Source: Sphaerodactylus townsendi
Lineage: Eukaryota
Assembly (NCBI RefSeq): GCF_021028975.2
Contig: NC_059428.1
Coordinates: 80,290,001 to 80,354,000, forward strand
Reading direction: 5' to 3'
Length of the DNA: 64,000 nt
A program made the position numbers and the translations under genes. Shown in pieces: positions 25,476 through 35,365 of the stretch (positions are counted from its first letter, which is position 1; every line of letters starts with the position of its first letter). The notes below the pieces were generated by a model. That model had not been told where the DNA came from. It did not search any database and was given only the letters and a program-made list of their open reading frames with translations.

Positions 25476-25502
25476 TCTTGTGTATGAGAGTCATCATCTT
25501 CT

Positions 25503-25682
25503 GGTGTGTGTAAGCTATCAAGTCACAGTCAACTTATGGCAACCCCAGTAAGGGGTTTTCAAGACAAGTGAGAAGCAGAGATTATTTGCCATTGCTTTCT
25601 TGTGCAAAACCTTCCTTGGTGGTTTCACTTTCAAGTATTGAATCTGCTTAGTTTGCAAAACCTGATGAGATCAGGCTACATC
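25503..25682 (-). mobile_element. 5S rRNA-headed SINE with Sauria/BovB-type tail
   Basis: Minus-strand head TAGCCTGATCTCATCAGG..AAACTAAGCAG..TACTTG..ACCACCAAGGAA resembles 5S rRNA. Tail reads GCAATGGCAAA...CTTGAAAACCCC...GCCATAAGTTG..TGACTTGA. Confidence 0.65.
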
Positions 25683-26935
25683 ACACTGTCTTCCATTGTC
25701 TTCCATTCTAGAGATCTTATTTCCTACAAAAGCTCTTGGTTATCTTCCAGGCATAATTCAATGTATTGATTTTTTCCATAAAGCATTCAATGACTGAATT
25801 CTAACTAGTCTAAGAGACTTCATTTTAACTATACTATGTATGCATGTTTAGAAATGATGGTTATAAGGCTACAGTCACTTCTCCAGGAGTAAACCCCACT
25901 TGATAACATGGGATTATTTTGAAGCAAAGATACTTTGAATTTCTTGTAAATTTATATAAAGAGGCATTCTCAGTAACGGTTCTGCAACTATGGATCTCAC
26001 TTCCCTCAGATGGTAAATTAAATATGATAAAGGTTGACAAATCAAATGAAGATCAACTTTGAAATCTAGCAACAGTTTTGTTCTTTTGAAGAGAAGCAAC
26101 CATGATCATATTTTAATTATTTTCCTTTGGAAAGACAACTAATTAAAAAGACAGTGGCCCTGTTGAAAGCTTGTTAGCGAATTTAATTTTATTCTAATGA
26201 GTAATCTCAAAACTATAAGTGGAATTTCTCACCTGTGTAAAACTGAACATATTTAAATGGTTTGCTGGATTGAGGCCAGTGATAGTATAATTAAGTACAC
26301 TTATAATTTGGAAGTGCTCATTTAACAAGTTTATAATTAAGAAAAAAGCTTCAGTCTAAATTATATCATAAATATAATGGATGTCAGTCTTTACAAAGAG
26401 GTGAGAAAGTATAGCTGCACATCTCAAGATATTATATGTGCAATGTGTAGTGTGAATGTTAAAATTAATCACTATACCTATACAAAGCATTTATTTATTT
26501 AGTGGGATGGGAAATAGCTTACAGCCCTGATACACACAAACTACTTATACATGGGGTTTTTTTTCTAATCGAGCTGCCAAGACTGCATACAGATAGCATC
26601 AACAAACTTTCAATTGTTTGGCAGACATCATAATGGGAACTGTATACAACCTACCCACTCCAGTAACTATCCTCATTGAACAACCAATTGCAGGTACTGC
26701 TAATTTGCAAATAGGACAACACACAAATATATCTACATATGTCTATGGATGAGAAACCAGGTAACAAATAAATGGTGAGAATGTGGTGCTCCATTCTAAT
26801 TGCTGGAGCTGTCTATGTATGACCCTATTACTTAAAACAACTATGATCAGTTGATCAGGAGAGAGGCACGTGTATGTCAACTGGCTGAACTGGGGCAATA
26901 ATCTCACATGCCTAATTTTCAGGTTTATTGTTTCA

Positions 26936-27594
26936 CTAGCAGTAAAGCCCATTTTGTGCTCCAATAAAAAGGGCTCTAGATGGGGGGAGGGCAGGGGAAT
27001 AGGAGTCTGGTGTCTGGTGGGTGACAAGCCATTGCTGCCCCAGTGGGCCCTGGCTTGGTGTTTGGACTGGGTGTCACCAGACAGAAAAATGGGAGGCTGG
27101 TGCCTGGGGGCAGTGGGTCAACAGGCTGCAGCCCTGGTTTGGTATTTGGGGTGGCGGGAGACCAGATTGGGGAATGGGAGGCTGGTGCTGAGGCAGAAAG
27201 CCCCAGCTAGGTGTTTGGAGCACGGAAGGTGAGGTGGGGAAATGGAAGGAACAGAGGCCAGACAGGAAAATGGGAGGCTGGTGCTAGTGACCAGCAGTGC
27301 CCTGGGCATAGGGAGGGCAGGGGAGTTGGGGTAGGGGTAGCTTGGGCAAGGGAATGGGAGGGACAGGGTGTTCAGGCAGTGGAATGGGAGGCTGGTGCCA
27401 GGGGCTGGCAGGGCAACAGGTGCATGTCACCACTGCCCTGGCTGGTCCAGCTTGGTGTTTGGGACAAGGGGAGAGCAGTGGGGGACTGGCAGTGTGCCAG
27501 TCATCATACGGGACTCAATCCCACACACAACTGAGTCCTGCACAGCAATTAGCTAGGAGTGAGCCATCATGACATAGGCAATTATACGTTTAGA
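26936..27594 (-). mobile_element. Non-autonomous Helitron
   Basis: Minus strand reads A|TCTAAACGTATAA...GCCC-loop-GGGC hairpin TTTACTG CTAG|T. No TSD. Internal decayed repeats ATGGGAGGCTGGTGC. Confidence 0.65.
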
Positions 27595-28108
27595 TTAGTT
27601 AAGGAGCAAAGTAGAACCTACTACACCAAGGCAAAAGCAAAACTACAGGAATGCAAAATATATTACATTTAATGTAAAAAAACAAATAAAAATGTGTATA
27701 TCACCCACACACACCCCAAAAAATTGCATAAATGGGTGCATTAATCTAACATGTCATAATTCCATAACAGAAGCATTGGTAATTGAACAGGTATTAAGTT
27801 CAAAAGATTCTGAAGTAATGTCCCACAGAACAGGGCCCTCTTGTAATTGTTGAAAGATTCAATGATTAGTCACATATGAAAGCCACATATGAACAATGAA
27901 GACAGGGAATTCTGGATAAGTCACCCGTTTCACCCTCAGTGTCATGGGACTGATCACTTACAACAACTTAATAGCATGTCCTATCTTGGGAGTCAATATG
28001 AGACATCTTATAATATAAATACAAAAATAACTGAAGGCTTAAAAGCATAAATATCATAAATATAGTATCATGTAAAATACGGTAGTACTAAGTTATAAGA
28101 AGTAGTCT

Positions 28109-29718
28109 TTGGCCCCCACACCCGTCCGGGTGGGGGTGCTGCTGGACTGGCTGCAGCATTATCCCGACAGGCACGTGGTGCGCATGCTGGGTGATGGTTT
28201 TTCGACAGGTTTCAGGATTCCCTATCGCGGCCTCAGGAAGGCCTACCAGGCGAACAACTTAAAATCTGTTCGCGATCACCCTGGCGTGGTGGCCGATAAG
28301 CTTGATAAAGAAAATAGGGCCGGTCGCATCGCTGGCCCCTACAGCCACCCGCTTCTCCCCAACCTCCGGGTCTCCCCCATCGGCATAGTGCCCAAGAAGG
28401 CCCCGGGGGAGTTTCATTTAATTCAGCACCTCTCCTACCCCTGGGGCGACTCAGTGAACGATTACATCGACCCTGAGTTTTGCACAGTCCGGTACGCCAC
28501 CCTGGACGAGGCCGTCAGTCTCATCAGGCAGGCCGGCACAGGTGCCTCCTTGGCAAAATGTGACATCCAGTCGGCCTTCCAGCTCCTGCCCATTTCCCCG
28601 CTGGATTTCAAGCTTCTGGGCATCCACTTCCAGGGCATGTGGTACGTGGACAAGGCCATGCCCATGGGCTGCTCCTTTGCCTGTGCCGCTTTCGAGGCTT
28701 TTAGCACCTTCCTCGAATGGGCCTTCAGGCAGCGGGTGCCCTCCGGGCTGGTGACCCATTACCTAGATGATTTCCTGTTCATTGGCAAGCAGGGCACCAG
28801 GGAGTGCGAGGTCGCCCTGCAGGCTTTCCAGACAATGGCTGCCGAACTGGGGTCCCCCTGCCCCCCAACAAGACGGAGGGCCCCACCCCCGCCCTCAGCT
28901 ACCTGAGCATCCACCTGGATACGGTCCTAGGCACGTCATCACTCCCTTGTGACAAACTCCTGGCCTTAACCAACCTGCTTCAGTCCGTTCTCCCCCTGCG
29001 CAAATGCAGGGTGCGCCTGGTGCAGTCCTTACTGGGCCACCTCAATTTCGCCTGCAGGGTGGTGGCACCAGGCAGGGCTTTCTGCTCCCAGCTGGCGAGG
29101 TCGTTGTCTGGCTGCAAGTCCCCTGACCACCACATCAGGGTCTCCCGGGGCCTGAAAGACGATCTGCGGGTCTGGCTGTCCTTCATCCAAGGCTTCAATG
29201 GCATCTCCTTGTGGCAGACACCTCTGGAGCCCGGCCTGGAGTTGCAGGTGCACTCTGATGCCTCGGGGGCTCACGGTTTTGGCGTGTATTTCCAGGGTCA
29301 GTGGGCACAGGGCCTCTGGCCTCCAGCATGGCACACACAGGGCATCACCAGGGACCTCACTTTTCTAGAACTGTTCACCATCTTGGTGGCGGTGCACATT
29401 TGGCACGATCTCTGGCTCAATAAATGGGTGCTTTTTTGGTGCGATAACCAGGCGGTGGTGCGTGTGGTGAACAGGCAGTCGAGCAAAGCTGCACGGGTTA
29501 TGCGTTTGGTTCGCAATCTTGTCCTCACCTGCCTCACCTATAACATTTCTTTTAAAGCTGCTTTCGTTCCAGGTTTGCAAAATGCGATCACTGATGCCTT
29601 ATCTCACCAGCAGGTGGATCGATTCCGGCACCTGGCCCCCGGGGCGGAGCTGTTCCCGGCGACAGTGCCGGCGTCCCTGTGGAACCTTGGCAGCGAGCCG
29701 TCATCACAGGTGTTTTGA
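28109..29718 (+). pseudogene. Ngaro pol: reverse transcriptase plus RNase H (one frameshift near 28855-28870)
   Basis: RT motifs VSPIGIVPKK, AKCDIQSAF, AMPMGCS and HYLDDF (YLDD at 28760-28771). RNase H motifs HSDASG, FLELFTI, WCDNQAVV and NAITDALS. Confidence 0.93.
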
Positions 29719-30556
29719 ACTCGTTGGCACCGGCCACGCGCAGGCAGTACGACAGAGCCGTGCGCGACTTCCGGAACTACGCAGCGTCCAAGGGGCGCCC
29801 TGTCCGTGGCGGGGTAGACACGGGTCTTCTACTTGAGTATTTGGTAAAACTCCACGGTCGGGGGATGCACCCACGCTCTATGGGGGTGCAACTGGTGGGC
29901 ATCGCCTTTTACTGCAGGGTTTCGGGCTTCCCAGATGTGACCAAGGCGTTTGTAGTTCGCTGGCTGGTGGCGGGCTGGCGGCGGGTGGGCTCCAGACAGA
30001 GGGACCTCCGGCGCCCGGTCACCAGGGAGGTGTTAAGGGCGGTCACTGGGGAGCTGCGGCAGGTGTGCGCTTCACGCTATGAGCGTTTACTCTTCGCAGC
30101 CGCTTTTCACCTGGCGCATCATGGGGCTTTTAGGCCCAGGGAGCTAGTCGCCCCCACCGGGGACCGGCCATCCAGCACTGCGCTGCAAAGGGAGCACCTA
30201 GTCCTGTCCGGGGACATGGTCTATGCGTGGCTTGCCCATTCCAAAACCGACCAGGAAGGCCGCGGTGCCCCCTCGCCTCCCTCATCTCTTGGCTCTGGCA
30301 CAGGCCTCGCATGGGTGGCATGCTCCTGGTACACGAGGACGGTTCCCCCCTCACCAGGTTCCAGATTCTGGCGGCGTTCAGGGCATGCTTGGCTCGGGCC
30401 GGGCTGCCAGTCGCCGAGTTCGGGTTGCACTCCTTCTGAATTGGGGCCGCCATGGCCGCTGCGCAGGAGGGCAGGGCCCAGGAGGACATCCGCACCTTGG
30501 GGAGGTGGCGGTCGGGGGCCTTTGGGGCTTACATCCGCCCCCATCTGACTTGTTGA
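29679..30556 (+). pseudogene. Ngaro tyrosine recombinase (frameshift near 30270; H-x-x-R Arg replaced by a stop at 30437)
   Basis: SLAPATRRQY, GAFRPRELV, HSKTDQ.GRG, LTRFQ, GLHSF*IGAA and GRWRSGAFGAYIRP. Confidence 0.92.
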
Positions 30557-30568
30557 TTCCCTTCACAG

Positions 30569-31177
30569 TGCCTCCAGGGACGCCGCAGACTGTTTTTCGA
30601 CAGGTGTGGGTCGTGGGGCACAGCCTCGTCAACGGAGTCGGGGACTACGCCTGCTCATCTGACTGGGGCCAGCATCTTGGACTCAGGGCTCATGTAAGGA
30701 TCACCTGGCTGGGGCAAGGGCACATGCTTTGGCATGAACTCGAGCCCAAGCTCATCGAGTACATTTTCCAGTTGGCCACGCCGGATCTCCTAGTTATTCA
30801 CCTGGGGGAGGAGGATCTCTCGGCCAGGTCCGGTCTGGAACTCCGTTGGGCGGTGGCCGCCACGCTTCGGAGCCTCGCCAGGCATCGGCCCGGCATAACC
30901 TTGGTCTGGTCCGAGCTGTTGCAGCGGGTCCACTGGAGGGGAGCTGTGGACCCCACTGCCGTGGACAGGGCTTGCAGAAAAGTCAACAGGGCGGCCGCCA
31001 AGGTGGTGCTCTCCCTCGGGGGGGGCGGTGGTGGACCATGCTGAGATCACCCAGGACAACAAAGAACTTTTTGAGCCGGATGGCGTCCGCCTGTCCCGCT
31101 GGGGCATGGACTTGTGGCTTCAATCGGTCCGGTACACCCTCCTCCGCTGGGTCCGGTCCAGACAGGCTCAGGCTTGA
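30569..31177 (+). pseudogene. SGNH/GDSL hydrolase-like ORF of the Ngaro element (frameshift in the G-run near 31020)
   Basis: VWVVGHSLV (block I), WLGQGHMLW (II), LVIHLGEEDL (III), LVWSELLQR, LFEPDGVRLSRWGMDLW (V). Confidence 0.85.
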
Positions 31178-31344
31178 GGAGCTTGGGCGGGGAGCTGCAA
31201 GGGGGGCAGCTCGTGGTGGGTTTGCAATGGGTGTCGCACATCTGGGGAGAAAACGAGCCTTCCGGCTGGGTCTCCCAGGCTTGTGCCCTGTGGAAGGGCC
31301 GGGGGGTGGGGCGGGCAGGCTGGCAGGCCGGCAGGCCGGGCCGC

Positions 31345-31475
31345 TGCCCGACACCCCAGGGAGTGGGGTTGGGTCGGGCCGATAGGCGGCCAAGGGCTTA
31401 GCCGGTGCCCGACACCCCAGCAAGCAAGGAGAGGAGGGTGGGCCGATAGGCGGCCATGGGCTTAGCTGGTGCCCG
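31345..31475 (+). repeat. ~62-bp tandem direct repeat in the Ngaro 3' region
   Basis: The unit TGCCCGACACCCCAG...GGGCCGATAGGCGGCCAWGGGCTTAGCYGG occurs twice plus a partial copy. Confidence 0.85.
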
Positions 31476-32559
31476 TCTCCTCAGCAGGGGCGGGAAGGGT
31501 GAAGCCGGAGTGTTATCTCTGGGGCTTCCCTTCCCGTCAGTTTCCCAATGGAGATTGGGATGTGATGTGCGACCCGTTTGCCGCCCAGCTCTTTTGTACA
31601 TAGTTCATGTTGATTATGTTATTGAATAATTAATAAACTGGGCTGCGGCCCATTCCTTTCCAGCCTGTCGTTGTTGTGTGATTATTGAGCGAAGTAAAGT
31701 CTCACCATCTGCAGCAATAATGACTTGTTATTCTTTCCCCTTCATTTTTGACAAAATACAGATTTTATGGAATCTCTTCACATACCATTTGCCTTAATAA
31801 AATCTGTTGGGCTGGATTAAAAGAGGAATCACAAAAGAAAACATTAATTGTTAATCAAGCAGAGACGGAGATATGGCCAACTGGTATGGCTAGAACTGGC
31901 TAAATCTCAGGACACAATTACATCCATCTCCTGACACCACTACAATATTTTGATCAAAATGTAATAAAAAGGAATTCCTACAAATCAAATACATTGGATT
32001 AGTTACTAAGCAACACAGATAAACAAGGTCAATAACTGTGTATGCTGTAAAACTGTGCTTTTAACCTCCCTGTCCCATGCAATCTTCTATGTGATCTGGA
32101 CCCTGGCTACATTCATATCACATGTTAATATCAATGGTAGGTGCACCTCAAAATGTGACTGGTTTTATTTTGTTTCTGGGATACCACTGTCTGCTAGCTC
32201 AGTGCTCCATACTGATTCCTCATTTTTAATCTGAATCTTGTTAGAGTAATAAAGCTACTTGCTGGTTGAGTGTTTTGGCTCTCTTCTATTCTTCCTTTGT
32301 CTTAGATTTAATCTGAAATTCCACAATCCCTCACTCATGTCTCATCCCTTATCTTTAATCTGTAATAAACAAATTTGCTTCACCATCTTTTTAAGCACTT
32401 GCTGTTGAAGTGCTTCTTTGTAAGTGAAGAGAAGTCCTTCCCATTGAAACCATGTAAACCTTATTTGGTTCTTCCTTAAAATGTCCACCAAACATGCATA
32501 GTCTTTCCTTTTCTGTAAGACTCCTAAAGGTATTTTTTCCCATCACAATGGACTTGGCA

Positions 32560-32885
32560 TACACGCACTACATGTAGCACCAAGGCATATATTTACCTTA
32601 TCCAATGCCCATGTTCACTTCTGTACATTGGGATGTCTACTAGGGTGCTATGCTCACATTCAGTGGAGCATTGGTCAAAGATTAGAAATAAATGTGCAGA
32701 TGCATCATTGGTGCAACATTTTATGGAAACGGGGCATACCCAAGATGACTTTAAATTTTCTGTACTGTATGAATGGAAGAGCTGCCCCTTTAAACGAAGC
32801 AATATTAAATGCAGATAGAAACCAAGCTTATTTTGCCTTCCATTCATGTTTTCCTACTGGTATTAATAATGAGATAAAGTAGTCT
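32560..32885 (+). pseudogene. Penelope-like element GIY-YIG endonuclease C-terminal remnant
   Basis: TCSTKAYIYLIQCPCSLLYIGMSTR...EHWSKIRN...LVQHF..GH...FKFSVL, then FPTGINNE, typical of Neptune-type Penelope elements. Confidence 0.8.
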
Positions 32886-32980
32886 TGTTTTATGTGATAT
32901 GGTTATGTTTGCTGTTGTCTCTTTGGGGATGTGATTCTTTGCTCTTCATGCTTGTTCTTGACATATATTTGTAAAACCAA

Positions 32981-33300
32981 GGCCTTTTCCGCATGGGCCA
33001 AAAGCCGTGACCTGAGAGGTAAAACGCCGCCCCCAGGCGCCCGTCCCCAGGCGGCTGCTGGCAGCGGCATGAGCCGACCTACCCTTCCTCCCTCAGGGTG
33101 GCGTCAGAACCTAAAACAACCTTTAAAGGGTTGTTTTGAGGACAGCGTCTTCCCGGCCTTGGTGCGAACAGCACCGCCGGGGCTCGCTGTTTCCCCTTCC
33201 CTGTCCCACTTACCTCTCGCTTTCATTGTCCTGCTGGCCTCCTAAGTCCCTCCCTCACTGTCCTCTGACCCCCGGAGGTCGGAGGGCGATGTGCCGAGGC
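32981..33300. mobile_element. Harbinger-like non-autonomous element (one end)
   Basis: TIR GGCCTTTTCCGCATG. Internal GGAGGTCGGAGGGC is shared with 34173-34690. Confidence 0.6.
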
Positions 33301-33609
33301 TTAGGAGAACCAACAGGCTGTGGCTAAGGATGAGTAAGTGGGAAGAAGGAAGAGCTCTGCTCTCCCCGTGGGGAGCTCCTTGCTCTTGGCCCGCTTTGCC
33401 CCATTCCAAACTGCGAAACCGGCCAATGACCAGAGGAAAGCAAAGAGAATGGAGAGGAAACAAAGGAAGGTGAGTAGAAATGGAAGCAAGAGAGAAGGAG
33501 AGTGAGAAAAGGCTGCAACCAGTCTCCTTCCGGGCCTTACACGAGACACCAACCAGCACTACCATGCCTTGCTGGGTCTCGCCGCCGGGAAGGGTGCGGA
33601 CTGGGAGAG

Positions 33610-33660
33610 GCGTCCTTATATATCCTGGCTCCTCCCGCCTTTACGGCTGGGAGCCAATCA
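33610..33660 (-). promoter_or_regulatory. Compact Pol II promoter-like motif set (CCAAT box, GC box, TATA box)
   Basis: Minus strand reads GATTGG (33659-33654)...GGCGGG (33639-33634)...TATATAA (33622-33616) in canonical order within a CpG-rich block. Confidence 0.4.
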
Positions 33661-34172
33661 TTGCACCCGGTTCTGCAGCATGCTGCCAAGCCATGCATGC
33701 CCCTTATTTTGCTACGTTGCTCACCCCGGCAGCAATGGCTGCCCCCCGGTTATTCGGGTGCATCTAATTTACTGAAGTCAGAATTTCTTAGATAAAGATA
33801 TGGGGGAAGTTTGCAAAATTCACATCCACACAAAACATTAGCAGTTTTATTGGCTACTGAATGTCCCATCAAAATATGTCTTTTCCCTTACCAATCAGCC
33901 AGATTTTCTCGCACCACCCTAAATAGCTTCACATAAGTGAGTGCCATGTTCATTGCTACCATCAGCACTAAGAAGCCTTTTCCATAATGTTTTTTGCTAA
34001 CAAAACTGTTCTTACTGCACCCCTATGAAGCAAATGCTATTAATATATTTGACAGATATTTTTATTAAATGAGTAATATTTTGATGGAGGGAAAGTTGTG
34101 TAGCTATTCCCCCCCACACACACACACACTTTTTTCTTGTCTACATGTTTGATACCCTCTTGTTATCTGCAA

Positions 34173-34690
34173 GGCCCTTTCCGCATGAGCCAATAACGAC
34201 TCCCTGGGGATGGCAAAAACGCCGTCCTTAGGGAGCCGTTCACACAGGCGGCATTGCCAAATTGCAGCAGCGCCAACCTGGCTCCCTTCCCCCTCCCCCA
34301 GGGCGGCCTCAGGCCGCCTCCAAAAACCTCCCTCCTGGAGAGTTTTTTTTGGGTACAAGCGCATTCAGTACGACTGCTTGGTGCGACGGCACCGCCGGGG
34401 AGAATGCTGTTATCCGATCCCCTCTCCCACTCACCTTGTCGCCGTCGTCGCCTGCAGCCTCTGAAGGCCCTCCTGCATCCTCCAACCCCTGGAGGTCGGA
34501 GGGCAACAAAGGGCGGAGTCACGAGCCAGCAGAGCGGCGACAGCGACAAGGTGAGTGGAAAAACGGCAGTGAGCCCGTGGCGCTGTTGTCCCAGCCGGTT
34601 CTGGGACCGTCCATGCGGACAGTCCCAGCGTCGTCGGGTCGGCATTCATTACACCGACCTAAGCCCTTCCGCCTCCGTGCAGAAAGGGCC
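34173..34690. mobile_element. Complete PIF/Harbinger MITE with 3-bp TSD (CAA)
   Basis: CAA|GGCCCTTTCCGCA...TGCAGAAAGGGCC|CAA. CpG-rich. Confidence 0.85.
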
Positions 34691-35365
34691 CAAGTCAGGC
34701 AGTTCTCCACAACCTGCCTCCAGAAGGAAGAAGAGAAAATACAGTACTATTTTAGAGGCTCTGGTTTGGATACCTCTGCTTTCAGAGATCAAGCATGTTG
34801 CACCTAGGAGAAGACTTTCTTTTTTTTTTCCCAATAAAGCTTTTATTATAATTTGCAAATATACATAAAAAAATTAAGTTACATTGTTCTTTGTCATGTC
34901 TTACATTTACAAATGCCTTCATATAGAAAATTCAATTACGCAATTTACTACTGTTATATCTAAATTTATATAACAAAATTAAAATCAAGAACTTCCTCTG
35001 CAACCGCTGAGATATCAAAGAAAAGAAGGAAAGCAACTTCATGTATCTATTATAACTATTAATCATACACCTATATATTTGTATATTTCTTCCTCTTTTT
35101 GATTTCTGTTTTTAAACTATTGTACAAATCAAAGTGCCTCTACTATTGTACTATCAATATATAAAACTTATTTACATGTAGATGTTTATATTAAAATAAT
35201 GCATAGAAAAGCATCAGATGACTCTTCCTTTGTAGACTGGAGATTTCCATTCATAATTCTACTTGCTTGAATAAAAAAGAAAGAAAATTAATATAAGATG
35301 AAGAGCATAGCCAGTGCAGTTTTATATAACTGGTACATAATCTTATGTTTATATATTTAGTTGAT

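Larger units (their letters stand above)
28109..31690 (+). mobile_element. Young Ngaro-type YR retrotransposon lacking gag (RT-RH, YR, SGNH hydrolase, 3' repeats)
   Basis: CpG-rich with long overlapping ORFs and clear motifs. AATAAA at 31632-31637, followed by a GT-rich tract. Confidence 0.95.

Noticed and set aside
24930-25487. 185-aa ORF
   Set aside because: It runs through a GC-rich Harbinger-like repeat and has no protein motif; stop codons are simply scarce in GC-rich DNA.
25620-25682. 5S rRNA gene
   Set aside because: Partial, diverged and attached to a SINE tail.
28109-30556. RT plus tyrosine recombinase read as a bacterial retron, prophage or contaminant
   Set aside because: The domain order and motifs match DIRS-order Ngaro retrotransposons, and decayed homologues are embedded elsewhere in the same vertebrate sequence.
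31345-31475. Repeat-spacer-repeat pattern superficially like a CRISPR array
   Set aside because: Eukaryotic retroelement context, only about two units and no cas genes; it is an ordinary tandem duplication.
30130-31601. Antisense and alternative-frame ORFs over the Ngaro element
   Set aside because: Shadow ORFs of GC-rich YR, hydrolase and 3' repeat sequence.
34163-34868. Several overlapping 160-204 aa ORFs
   Set aside because: They lie within a TSD-bounded MITE, are open on both strands and show no domain signature.
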